Of a stretch of DNA of 64,000 bases, positions 1 to 12,072 are shown piece after piece. Below the pieces are notes generated by a model. The model was not told the DNA's origin, did not search any database, and saw nothing but the letters and a program-made list of their open reading frames with translations. The position numbers and the translations under genes are program-made. Source of the stretch: Octopus sinensis (taxonomy: Eukaryota); contig NC_042999.1 of NCBI RefSeq assembly GCF_006345805.1, positions 165,416,001 to 165,480,000 on the forward strand. Reading direction: 5' to 3'. Position 1 is the first letter of the stretch; every line of letters starts with the position of its first letter.

Positions 1-318
1 CTGAGCTGTTTGAGAATCAATTGATCGTAAAGTGATCTTTTCTTGATTCTTTTCAGCCATGTCATTGGTAAACATTGCCATAAAGTAAGGGCTTGAAATA
101 GCAAGAACATTTTTATGGCAAGGAAATTCTTTACGTCCAGCACATAATATGACATCAGTGAATAGATTTTTTTCATACAATTTGGCAAAGCCTGTGAGCA
201 TTGTCCGTGAACGTTCAGTTTCATCGCAGAATCTTTCAACAACTGGTGGTCCATCCTTCTCTGCCGATTCTGGACAAACTTCAGTTGCTGTCTCTACTTC
301 ACTTTCAAAGAGCATCAT
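1..318 (-). CDS. BTB/POZ-domain (Kelch-like family) protein, first coding exon, runs off window edge
   Basis: Manual translation of the minus strand from ATG at 318: MMLFESEVETATEVCPESAEKDGPPVVERFCDETERSRTMLTGFAKLYEKNLFTDVILCAGRKEFPCHKNVLAISSPYFMAMFTNDMAEKNQEKITLRSIDSQTAQ (106 codons, no stop). This has the typical KLHL-type BTB motifs (DV.L, F.CH..VL...S.YF.AMF...M.E). A strong acceptor ttttattttcag| precedes the exon start at 321. The specific KLHL paralogue cannot be assigned without a search. Confidence 0.92.
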   Translation of the reverse strand, partial: MMLFESEVETATEVCPESAEKDGPPVVERFCDETERSRTMLTGFAKLYEKNLFTDVILCAGRKEFPCHKNVLAISSPYFMAMFTNDMAEKNQEKITLRSIDSQTAQ

Positions 319-3300
319 AAACTGAAAATAAAATTTAAAAAATGTACTAAATTAGAATTTTTAAGCAAAATATTTCACAGTATATTCTGACCAAATCATT
401 AAAAAAATTTTAAATAAAGCAAATTCACAAGAGCAATTTTATTTATGATTGCAAGAAATAAATTGGATTAGAATAACACACAGACATAAAATTGTTGAGA
501 AACTATATTCATTTATAAATAAAACCAATAAAATGAGAAATCGCATACACCCAAATGCAGATGTCTAAATATTTTAAACACAGTACTCTATTTAGCTATA
601 CTGTGAAAGAAAAAAAAAATAACTGCCAGAATTGAATTTATATTTACTGATATCTGTACAATATACTGCATTAAAAAGATAAACATAAACTGTTGCACCC
701 TAGTTTACTAACAGCTAAAAGGAAACTAAGGGAAATGTGAATTTTTATAAGAAAATGGAGATATAGCATTAATATAATTTATCCACAAAAATTCAACATA
801 TTCTCTTCCAGCTGTTTCATCTAAGCCTAAAAGATTAAAATAGCAACAATTAAATCATTATATAAACACAACACCTAATAACCTAATGGTATTTCTTTTC
901 TACCCCTCTGATGAGAATTTGCCTAATATAATGATTTAATTGTTGCTATTTTAATCTTTTAGGCTTAATTGAAACAGCTGTAAGAGAATATGTTGAATTT
1001 TTGCAGATAATAAATTATATTAATGCTATATCTCCATTTTCTTTTGAATATTTATAAACCAAGATTTATATTTAGACCTATTTTATAATTCACAAAAATA
1101 TTAGGTAATGAACCAGTAATTCATTAGGTATTACTATCCCTTAATGAGGCTATTTTAACCTCTACTTGTGTGTGTGGGGGGGGGGTAATCATTGTTTAAT
1201 ATCCAATTTTCATGCTGGTATGAACCGGATGGTTTGACCTGGAACTGCCCAGACTGCAATTATCTGTTGTGGCATGGTTTCTACAGCTGGACACCCTTCC
1301 TAATATGCCAACCACTTAAGTGTGCTGAGTGCTTCTTACATGCCACTGGCATGGGTGCCCTTATGTGACACCAACAATGACATGCAGGCACACAGCTACT
1401 GCTGGATCATATTCACATAATATTTATATAATATGTAAATGTGAAACACTCAGCAATTGACAGAAACAATTGTCATTTGAATTAAAGCCTCTTCATCCCA
1501 CTTGTATAACTATTTTTTGTATGAATTCTGTATACACTAACAGATTTCTACATATATATATCCAGTAAAAGGAGAATTCCTGCTGTATTATAGCATATGA
1601 TAGCCAACACCCACAGTGGAGCTTAGGAAAGCATGTTATAAGGTCATTACCCACATGTATATGTGGGTGTAGTCAAGTTTATTGGATCAATTTATATACT
1701 GAAGGGAAAAGAATATATATACATATATACGACAGGCTTCTTTCAGTTTCCGTCTACCAAATCCACTCACAAGGCATTGGTCGGCCCAGGTCTAAAGCAG
1801 AAGACACTTGCCTAAGGTGCCACGCAGTGGGACCGAACCCGGAACCATGTGGTTGGTTAGCAAGCTACTTACCACACAGCCACTTCTGTGCCTATTGTTT
1901 ATTTGTAGAATGACATTGTAGGGTAGATGTAAGAGACCAGATTCTGACAGTGTGAACATAAGAGGGAGAATGAATGCTAAAGGATCAAGATATTAAACTG
2001 AAGATTATATCAAATAATGTAGAAGGATATGCCTATCTCATAAATAAAAAAAAATAAATAAATGGGGCCCAGGATCGAATATGCGTGCATACACACACAG
2101 TGCCCAACATGTGAATTTGTTACTTCACATTTATAAAAGTTGATATGGATAAAAACCAAAATTCCGTTAGAGAAAAAGTAATGGAAACACTAAGCATTGG
2201 CAATAATAACAGTAGGAAGACAAATGTTGGATAATGAAGACAATGATAGAAGAAAAAGGAAACATTTTGTAAACATAAGAGGGGAAGAAAAGGATTTCCG
2301 ACACAGAAGTTTAACAAAACAGTGTTGCAACCTTTATTTTGAGCAGTGGTATCTCATTGTACCTGATAGGAAATGATCTACACAGATCAACATAAACAGA
2401 ACACTGTCGGCTTTGTTAAATTTTATCTAGTTCCCCCAACTGCTGTAGTAGAACAAGAGACTATTGAAAAACAGTACAAGGATTCAGGTGTATAGAAGAC
2501 TAGATAGCATACAGATGGATATAAAGTAAGCTAAGAAATTTGCAGATATAGCTGAAAGGGTCTTGTACCAAACTGTTTAATGAGAGATTTTTTTTCTTAC
2601 ATTATTTGACCATTAGTTACCAAGAAAACATTTTGCATGAAACACAGAAATGGGGAGAGTTGTTTTCTTAAATGGACACAGTGTGCAATTTGTAAGTTAC
2701 TAGCCTTCAGTACAGACGACACCTAAGCACAAGACAATTTCAAATGGTCAAGGAAAAAACTTTTTTTTTTGGCAATATTTTATATGTGTAAAGCCTATTT
2801 TGTTAGGTGTAACAAATGGTCAATTTTGTAGTGTTTCAGACCTAGCTAAATTCAAAGCTACAAGCCACAGGAACTTGAGTTTTGGCACATTTGTAGTTAG
2901 TATGGAGGTAGATAAATCATGAGATCAAATAAATCATGAGAGTTTGGACATGACATCCTTTCAATAAAATTTTAATAGACTATTAAAAATGGCTACAAAT
3001 GGCAGAATTTCACATCAGAATGCCCACATAAATTGGATTTTCTGTTTTGATAGGGATTTTTCCATTTTTCTGACCCCAACCTTGGAAAGGAATGAGGGTT
3101 TTTTTTTATGAAAAAAAATCCTTTGGAAGATTTGTGATTTTTCTCACCCCTCTGGACCAATTTAGGCCAGTGTTTTTTTAGGCACTAGACACTTAAAAAG
3201 CAGTGGAAGAAACCTTTATAGTAGGGAAAAAATTCTGAAAATATTTTGAGATGAAAAGGCATGTGATTTAAGGGAGGTTTAGCTGTTTCTATTGCACATC

Positions 3301-5655
3301 CCATGATGACCTGGTAACACGCTAGAAACGGCAGCTAAATCTCCCTTAAATCCCATACCTTTGTGTCTCAAAATATTTTCATAATTTTTTTCTCATCATA
3401 AAGGATTCTTCCATTGCTGTTTAAGAGTCTAGTGCCAAAGCAATTGGCCTCAATCAGTTCGGGAGGGGGGGTTAATTGTAAAATTTTGAAAATTGTTCTA
3501 TAAAAAGCTTCCCCTTCTTCATTTCCAGGGCTGCAGTGACAACAAAATGTAAAAATCGTCGAAAATGGAGAAAATCTAACTTATGTGGGCGTCCTGATCC
3601 AAAACTCAGCCCTACAAATTAATGAAATTAGATTGCTATCTATATTGAGACATGGTTATACTACGATGTTATGTGTAGGGGTCCCTGTTTTGAAACATTT
3701 GTTGGGGTATAAAACTGAATCTAAGTTTGGAGCTTTACAATAAATTTAATAAGTATCCTTGGAGAGCTCTGTTGAAGGGGTGACAGTTTGACCATGCAGA
3801 AACATTTTCTGGTACATCATTTTCATCACAAAATAACTGTTTTCATTGAAAGTTCTGGTTGAGAACTTTGTTCTCGCATAGTTTTAATCAAAATCTGACA
3901 CCTATGTTGACAGTGTCTCTCAAACAACCTGGTATTTCTAAAAATTTATACCTCTTTCCCACCCACCCCTTTCGACTGCTTGAACGGTGGCCCTCGATCT
4001 AGTTCAATGCGCTTGAGCGTTATAACTCCAGTAGTGCTGATAATCATACAAGCATGAATGAATTTTTTTAGATGAATTTTGATATAAATCTCGATGGTGA
4101 TAGATCAGACAATCGTTACGAAATATAAGAGTGAAAATCAGCACTTGTGAAAATGTAAACATTACGCGACTGTATTCAAAATCGAGAGAAAAAATTTTTA
4201 AAAAAAGAAAAAACATCACATCGGACTTTAATAGCCAACAAATTAATATTCATTGCACATAATTTTCATTGACAAAAACAGACCAATATTTCTCAAGGAA
4301 ACACGAAATTCATTTGTACAAGAATATGTGCGAGGTAAAATTCGTACGTCGCTCGGTATGAATGAGAGAATAAACATTATTAATATGATTCCATGCTAGT
4401 TTTTGGCTTCTGGCGACCCTGTTTAAGTCAGTCTAGTATGAATTCTCGTAGAAACATGTTTCCTTACCAATCAATTTGTCCATTTCTTGAAATTCTGGAT
4501 CAAAATCGATATCTGAAGCCTTGAAGTGGTCTTCTGTATGATCTCTCGCCAATACATCAGTTTGACGAGTAGAGTCAATGTGTTCGCATACAAAAAGTGT
4601 CAGTATACCACCCACTTTTTGAATTTTGCACTGTTTTTGCCAAGTCGTGGCCAGAATCGGCGATGACCAGGAGTTAGCAATAAATTTTCTTATCTTGAAG
4701 AAATGTTTTGTTTATTTTTTTTTTCGAAGTGAAAATTAACGATAAAATTTTCACTTTTCTATTTCGTAACGATTATCTGACCTACCCTCATCAAGTTTTA
4801 TATCAAAATAAAGCTAAAGAATTCCTCTACATGCATATATGATTTTTAAAACATTATGGCGCTCGAGTGTATTGATCTAGAACAAGTGCTACCGTTCAAC
4901 AGACAAGAAAGAAAAAACAAAAATAAACTGGGACAAACTTTGAAAATGCATGAAAATATCAGGGTGTTTAAAGGACCCTGACGTGATATGTAGCAGTCGG
5001 GTTTTAATTAGAACTATATGAAAAGAAAGTTCTCATCTAAAGCTTTCAAATGATATATAATTTTCCATGGAAAAAAGTTTGACATGAAAATGATAAAGCA
5101 AAACATTGTTTTTTCGTGTTCAAATTGTGCTGGTATTCCATTGTACGGCGCTCTATAGTGATACTAAATGCCAGCTGATGACATAGGGTTGAAAGGTCAG
5201 TATTATAAACTATGTAATATACAAAGTGTAGCTATGAGAAGACAATGTCAGGTGTGTATTAATGTAAATTGGTCTAACATCCCATAAAGATAGAATGGAT
5301 AAAATTTTGCATATTTCTATTCTATGAATTTCTAAACAAAATAAATAAAATCTTTGTAATATAAAGTTATAAATTTGAAAATGTTTATAAAAGAATTTGA
5401 TTTCATTCTTTGGTGTATGGTGAGAGTTAAGTCATAAATGATTTGAAATAGTTTTCCAAAAAAGAATTTCCACAAATTGAATCTTTAAGCTGTTTTGGAG
5501 GGGTAAATACACACGGAATATTCGACCGTATGAAACAATTCGTTTGCATCAGGAGTCTGTGCGACGGTCATTTCTTCCTGTAAGATATTAGGAATGTAAA
5601 TGAATCGAGATGGCTTACGACAAAAAATCGAAACCGGGTCGAGAATTCAACTTAC

Positions 5656-5753
5656 CGGGAACTGTATTCTATAGTATGCGTCGACGAGTTAAAACAGAAT
5701 ATATTAGGAAAATAAGCACCAAGTCATCTCTCTATTTCCGTCTTCTTTTAACA
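5656..5753 (-). other. Putative internal 5'UTR exon of the BTB/Kelch-like gene
   Basis: On the minus strand an acceptor (ttagattttcag|, plus-strand ctg at 5754-5756) and a consensus donor (CCG|GTAAGT, plus-strand acttac ending 5655) flank 98 nt of CpG-containing sequence. No transcript evidence. Confidence 0.4.
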
Positions 5754-6879
5754 CTGAAAATCTAACAATTCACCGTCTAATTCCCTACACAGTATACAAT
5801 AGATGTATCGAAATTAAGAACTTAGTTTTAGTTCCAGGGCGGACAATGGAAGACATAAAAACAAGGAAATTAGACGGGAAACTGGAGGAAGGGTTATGAC
5901 AGCATAAACATATTAATGGGAAAATAAACAGGAAGAAAGATGAAGACAAATAGCGAGTGTCTTTAAAAGGGAGATTCCACATTAGAGACTCTAAAATAAT
6001 AATTAAAGCAGAAATATATGGAAAGAAAGAAAGGGGAAGATTTATTAACACCAAGAATCTGCGTAAATATATTCATATTTACATTGGCTACGAGTCACCA
6101 AAGAATGCAAATGGTTGCATACATTCTCAATTAAAAAGTATAATTTATTGTTGTGTCACAGATATAATTGATCTCTATAATTAAATTTGAACCAAGGAAA
6201 TTTCAAGAAAAAACAGTAGAATACACATACATAAACACTACTTTGCTAAATACCGGGAGACATGTGAAAGAAAGACTATTTCCTATATTCATAGTTTATT
6301 TTCGAGAGACTTTAAAATGTAGTTTCTACATAAAACATTCGGTGTGCAGATAACAATAAAGAGGCGAAACAAAAAGAACTTGCAATTTTCCGAATACAAC
6401 ACAGCAACTTAATGAATGGCAAGAATGCTGACTTCCTAAACTCGTCTATAAACAATAAATGAGCAGCACAAAATATCGAATAAATTGTGAACCCTTGAAG
6501 GCAGAGCAATTTTTTTCTTTTACTTACACAGGTAAAAAATCGGAAATTCTTACGCAAGAAATTGAAATGTGTAGCTTTCATGCCTTTACCAAGGATATAT
6601 GATCTGCAAGCAAAGAGAAATGGTTCGAAAGAGAAATAACCGAATAGAACAGCAAATTAAAATATATAAACAGCAGACAGAACCAAAACAGAATGTAATA
6701 TACCTTTCTAAATAAAATCTTATTGACAAAAGGAAGAAGCTTAATAAACTAACAGGTTTTTTATAGCACTGATTTCTTATAGTAGCACAAGGTTTCAGCT
6801 TAACAAATCCGTGGTGTTCATGCCTTTCCTCAAAAGCATAAACAGGGGAAAAAGAGGACCCGACAACAATAAGTGACTC

Positions 6880-7350
6880 TTCGGAGAATACATTTTCCAC
6901 ACGTTCGGCTCTTCGAACGAATCCACGCGGAAAACAAAAGGGGAAAGTGGGGGAAATTAAAGTGAAACACTAAAAAGGTGGGTAGAAAATTATTATAATG
7001 ACGATGAATGAAATGAATTGTCAAATGTGTGATTGCAACTTACCGTGTTTAAAACAGCGAACGACGCGAACCTTGTACGTGGAAATTAATGGTAGCAATA
7101 GGACAGGGCGAACGTCATCGCGGCTTTCATTTAAATTACACGGAGAAACTATTACAACCAGAAAAGAAAAACGAAAACACCAAGAAGCTTATTCATTTGT
7201 TACATTAAGGTGAACGAGTACGAACCAGAACGAAGTGTTAAGCGATGGCTGAGCCACTGAAACGTAGTGTGATACTGCTCCATTATATGCGAATTCTGCT
7301 TCTGTCGCGCACCTGCCTTCGCATTGATGGCTCCGCGCCAAAGTAGTGCC
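6880..7350 (-). promoter_or_regulatory. CpG-rich promoter / first non-coding exon of the BTB/Kelch-like gene
   Basis: Local CpG enrichment in a CpG-poor window, with a consensus minus-strand donor ACG|GTAAGT (exon ends at 7044). The TSS is not determinable. Confidence 0.45.
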
Positions 7351-8082
7351 TCATTACTCAAGGGAAACTACTCACACCGACAACAATTCTCCCGGCTTGA
7401 TTTATTTTTTTACACTTCTACAACTAGGTTTCCAGTCTTTCATGTAATGGGTCAGAAGTTCAAATACTCTGCATGTGTTTCTTTGGAATTTTATTCTATA
7501 TGCTGCGAAATCTGTTCTGCACCAATACTGCTAGAAAAGTTGAATAGACAAGCATTTGTTCAGTGGAAGTTTTTCTTAGATGAGCATTAGATTAATTAGC
7601 TGAAACCATTCCACAGCAAAGAATGCAAGCTACTCCCCAATTCTTTATTCCCCTGTGTCAATATATAGCCTTCAATTGATAAATGCTTTTCATTGTGAAA
7701 GGTCAAACAATTTAATCTATTAATCGTTTTAGGGCTCGAGATAAATTTGTACGTATCGGCGAATCGAGGTCGAGTGCAAGTTTCGATTCTCGACTGAAAC
7801 TTTTTCACTCCATGTTGCTCCATTTACCATTTTTATTGTGTATACTGCGAGGTTGATATGCAGTTTACAAGACTGATATAAATTATTCATCTCAGAAATT
7901 ATACAACTGTATTTCCACTTTCTCTTTCCTATAAAATGCCTTTTGCTGGCATCAAAAATATAAGTTATACAGTGGCTCGGGAACGAAATTTGCTTTCTGG
8001 GTGCAAACTCGGGTCCAAAACTTTTACCAAGAAGGTACCGTCCATAATGTTTTCCTTGATGTAAACACTTTGTGGTCATTCT

Positions 8083-8085
8083 ATT

Positions 8086-8144
<59 letters not shown>

Positions 8145-8152
8145 CATTATTA
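8083..8152. repeat. (ATT/ATC)n microsatellite, representative of dozens of (TA)n, (CA)n, (CT)n, (ATT)n and (GAT)n tracts
   Basis: Direct observation. Other long tracts at about 12560-12680, 19741-19803, 27555-27760, 47911-48015, 55065-55139, 59545-59620 and 63810-63990. Confidence 0.95.
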
Positions 8153-8211
8153 TAGCTTTACATCAATCAAATCAAATACATCTAATAATGGAAAAGTAAT
8201 GTTTTAAATCA

Positions 8212-9520
8212 GTCCAAAAATTATTTTACGCACGTTCGATTTCGGGATGAAGTTTTCTAGGAGAATATTCAAGGTCGCTTTCGTTGTACAAGTTTTTATG
8301 TCAATGCATTACCGTGCAATGCGTCATTGTCTTACGGAACACGGCCTTCAAACGGCCAAGTACGCCGAACATTCTCTTCTTTGATGCAGCAGCCACAGAT
8401 GAAGACAGAATAAGTTGCATTAGCATCAATGCTTGTGTCATGCTAGAATGAATAACAGCATCAGAAACTCTCCATTTTCTAACAACGTCATCCAATGATT
8501 TAGGCAAAGTTTCCTTTTCCATCCACAGGCCGGCAAGGTGTTTCAATTATGATGACAGAGAGGCATGGCAAAAGAAGGAGACAGGTATGCATTTGCGAAC
8601 TCAAACGTGTCAGAATTCACTTCTGATAACAGCAAAATCCTCTCGTTAAATGCACATGTGCATTCCCTCTCGCTGAAAACGGCGATCAGTTCACCTTTGA
8701 CGACATCAATAATGCCGAAAGATAGAACACCTTTTTCGGCGGTTGTTACATGTTTGAATGCAGTGGTATATTCTTAGAACGAGAAGAGTCGGGCATTTTC
8801 AATAGGTCAGCAGAGGATACTTCGACGAAGTAGTTTTCGAAAACTTCCTCGTTTCTCATTTTTGAAAGAGAGTTCTTCAATTTTTCCATCAGCTTCAAGC
8901 AGTCACCGGCTGTTGTGCCTGGATGCTGTCAGCTTTGTGCCACTAATTCACACACTCCAAATACTTCCCCAGCAATCTTATTACCGAACAAAGTGGAAGC
9001 TTTGCCAAATTGTTTCACTGTGACAGTGACCTTTGTTGTTGTTCCGTCATTCAGAAGCTTCAGCAAGAAATCCTGAATCTTTTTATAGTTGCTTTCAGCC
9101 CGTATCAGTGCTAAAGTTCTAATGCGCCAACGAATTGGACCCTCAGTTTGCAGCATGGCGACATTCTCACCACTAAGGCTTGCCCATGACGCTTTTCCAT
9201 TTTATGATTTTTTTAGAAGAACGGCACATTGGTGAACAAAGTTCAGTGCATCAACAACAATGGCAATTGCAGAGCTAGCTTCTTGGAGGGCAAGGTCGCG
9301 AGGAAGGTTTCTGCAGTATACAAAATATGTACCAGGAAACAAGCCATTTAATCTCTTTTGTACACCTGAAATGTTCCTGCTCATGGTACTTGCACTATCA
9401 AAGGAAATGCAGCATAACTTTGAGTCCAACGAAATGTTTAGGCGGCAAAAGGACATCCAGAAGAGCAATCGGGGATGAGATGGGAATATAAAAGCCGAGA
9501 AAATTTTCATAAACATAACA
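8212..9520 (-). mobile_element. Degenerate hAT transposase (ZMYM1/Ac-like clade) fragment
   Basis: Minus-strand ORFs 9202-9612, 8929-9156 and 8301-8546 give the ordered hAT motifs: ISFDSASTMSRNISGVQKRL...YFVYCRNLPRDLALQEA (DGA..M.G...GV...YVHC.AH.LNL), GPIRW (PTRW), and the dimerisation-domain-like LILSSSVAAASKKRMFGVLGRLKAVFRKTMT. Multiple stops and frameshifts. Confidence 0.85.
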
Positions 9521-9671
9521 GACAATTGTTGGTTTTTATTCCATGCCAGAAAAAAGAAAAGAAGGGGTGATAGATGAATAAGGAAGGAAGAGGTGATGTC
9601 ATATATTTTCATAGCTCCTATGGTTGCCGAGATAATCTACTATAATAACATTCTTACATTATTTACATTAT

Positions 9672-9853
9672 TTATATTTGACGAATATTTGTCCTCATCT
9701 TGTTTGTTGTTAACACAACGTTTCGGCTGATATACCTTCCAGCCTTCATCAGGTGTCTTGAATTATCATTCCAAAGGTATTTTTTGATGTTATTTTTTAT
9801 TAAAGTCACTGCCTGGAATCGAACTCGCGCTCTTAACCACTACGCCATATGCC
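9672..9853 (-). mobile_element. Short tRNA-headed element ending in a Penelope-type hammerhead motif
   Basis: The minus strand reads GGCATATGGCGTAGTGGTTAAGAGCGCGAGTTCGATTCCAGGCAGTGAC (A-box- and B-box-like, with the anticodon region deleted), then a short linker, then the hammerhead motif. Confidence 0.6.
9712..9757 (-). ncRNA. Minimal type I hammerhead ribozyme motif (dimer-dependent, palindromic stem III)
   Basis: Minus strand: GACAC-CUGAUGA-A-GGCUG-GAAGGUAUAU-CAGCC-GAAA-C-GUU^-GUGUU. Stem I is GACAC/GUGUU, stem II is GGCUG/CAGCC, stem III is the palindrome AACGUU, and the catalytic core is intact. Confidence 0.75.
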
Positions 9854-10989
9854 CGTAGGCATATGGCGTAGTGGTGTGTGTGTGTAGTAGTAGTAGTAGT
9901 AGTAGTAGTAGAAGAAGTAACGACCCGAAGCCTTCAAAGGGATGTTTAGCATCCAAGTTCCTGAGGAAAAGCCTAATTTGTGATTTCAAAAGGTTTATAT
10001 TTTCCTCAAAGTTACGAGGGGAAAATTCTGATCTTGTGAATCTTGTGAGTTTTCCGAAGTCCTCTCCCCAACCTATCGAAAAAGATTTTTCCCCACAGAT
10101 TTCTTTATAATCGTAATCTATACCGTTTGAAAGGTATTTATATAGAATTTCATTGAAAGAAACCTATTTTCCTAAAAGTTATGAGGGAAAAACATCGGAT
10201 CTTGTGAATTTTCCGAAGGCCTCTCCCCACTCCCTTATTACTCTCCGCACATTTTTGTTTTCAGATTCGGTTTCTACACCTTTTTTTTTTACAACCGTTG
10301 CACTTTTTTTTTTCTGGATTTCGTTTTCGGATAATAATGTCAACATTAACCCAATGCAGAACTGTTGAAACAGTGGGGGATGGAGAGCATAAGCCTTGAC
10401 TTTATTTATTGCTGTGATAAACGATTTGTACTCAACGATTTGTTAAGTTGCTTAGGTTATTTACAACGTATGTAAACACACTAGGTATAACTTTTTCAAT
10501 GAACTAATGAAGCAGCCTTCCATCTATTGCTCACAAACGAAATACTGACTTCTTTTTTGTATTTGTTTCTAGTTGTCTTACAAATACTATTACAAGCTAC
10601 TGACGTGATAGCTGTGCACTCGGAGCAACCTATCTGGTATACTACTTAGGTACGTAGGCACATGTTAGTATTGCGAATAGGGCAGTTCGCCAGTGTACAG
10701 GGTTGGCTGTTGTCACTGTATCTCTTGTGTATCCGGACGATCTTGTTATATACGTAGCTTATCTTAGCCCCAATGGGGAAGACCGACTTGTAAAGGACGA
10801 AGAGGTCCCGGCAAGCCGATGTTCGATAGAACACCTTGTCAACTTTACCCTCGTCCGTGGTGTTTAACCGAAATACGTCGCAGCGACCACGACTAATAGT
10901 TGGAGGTTGCTGCTACTGCTAACTCAAACGTCGAGCAGTTTAAAATAAAACGACGCAATCAATGTAAATACACATTCCTTGCTTGCTTC

Positions 10990-11500
10990 GACGAAGGTCA
11001 GCTTGCTGGTTTGTTCCGAAGGACATTCGGGCCGGGGCTTTTGGATAACTTCCAAAAGTCTCTGGCTTAGCAACGTTACCGAGGAGCCTTATCAGTTCGA
11101 GATAAACTCACCAAGCATGGCTCTTCATGCTAGCTCACTTGCCCAAAAATGCGAGCAGAGCAGTAAAACTGTTCTGCACGCTATTGTGCAATGTCCGAAA
11201 CTATCGGAGTTGTGTGTTTATGTTGAACAGTTGCTGTCTTCCGAGTCAATTATAAAGATTGTTCCACCACCCTCTCTGAAAAGGGAAAGGAAGGTCTGTT
11301 TTCTCGCTGTAGCTGCGATTGCAAAAGAGGTTGTACGGAAGTCTCGCATGAAAGAAGTGACAGGCGACTTCATCTCCAGGGTCGGTAAGCTTCTTAGTTT
11401 CCCAACTCAAGAGAAAAATAAGGCAAGGGAGGTGGTACTTGCCACTAAGTATATACGAGAAAAGATGGAAGAAAGTGACATATATGTTGAGAGTGGATGT
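10990..11500 (+). mobile_element. Tx1/L1-clade non-LTR retrotransposon, 3' end of ORF2 (zinc-binding zf-RVT region), degenerate
   Basis: Frameshifted reading RGALSVRDKLTKHG...CPK/CEQSSKTVLHAIVQCP...YVEQLL...SIIKIVPPPSL...AKEVV and LKRKIR...KRW, characteristic of the L1/Tx1 C-terminal CCHC region. Confidence 0.7.
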
Positions 11501-11577
11501 GCCATCTTAAGGGGAGGCATAAGGGTTCAGTAGTGGAATGTGGACTGTGAGGTCATACCCGGGTATTATTTGATTCT

Positions 11578-12072
11578 TTCACTAAGAAATAAAAACTCGG
11601 ATTTTTTGCGGGGAATCAAGTACCCTGACCTCATAATATGCTGCAAACCCCTTATTTTTGTTCGGAAAAAAGGGGGTGGACCGGATCCCCTCCCCATCAT
11701 GGAATCATTGAATTTTTTGTTCGTTGAATGAATTCCGGTGACCTCATAATATGCTACAAAACCCTTTTTGGGTCCGGAAAACGGGGTGGGGTGAGAGGGA
11801 AGCCTCGGAAATTTCACCCCTACACCCATTGATCTTTACACCCGCACGATTTTCACTAAGAGAAAAAACTCGGATTTTTTGCGTGGAATCAAGTAGACTC
11901 ACCTCTAAATATGCTGCAAACCCCTTATTTTTGTTCGAAAAAAAAGGGGGGGTGGAAAACCGGACCTTCCCCCTATCTCGGAATCATTGAATTTTTTTTT
12001 TTTTTTGTAATGAATTCCGGTGACCTAATATGTTACAAAACCCGTTTTGGGTTCGGATAACGAGGTGGGGTG
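11578..12072. repeat. Tandem duplication (period about 274 bp) inside a non-autonomous DNA-transposon-like repeat
   Basis: ttcactaag...aaaactcggattttttgcg recurs at 11578 and 11852. The sub-repeat gacct(c)..aatatg(c/t)t(g/a)caaa occurs four times. Family unassigned. Confidence 0.7.

Noticed and set aside
5170-5200. CTGATGA-catagggtt-GAAA-ggtc hammerhead-like spacing
   Set aside because: The intervening 9 nt cannot form stem II and no stem I or stem III pairing exists.
3960-5200. Possible piggyBac or other DNA-transposon body with ORF 4433-4615
   Set aside because: Only an 8-bp partial inverted match (cgactgct), no TTAA pair and no recognisable transposase motif. Probably repeat-derived but unclassifiable.
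9800-9853. tRNA gene
   Set aside because: It has A/B-box-like motifs but lacks the anticodon arm and a paired acceptor stem. It is a SINE head, like all other tRNA-like sequences in the window.
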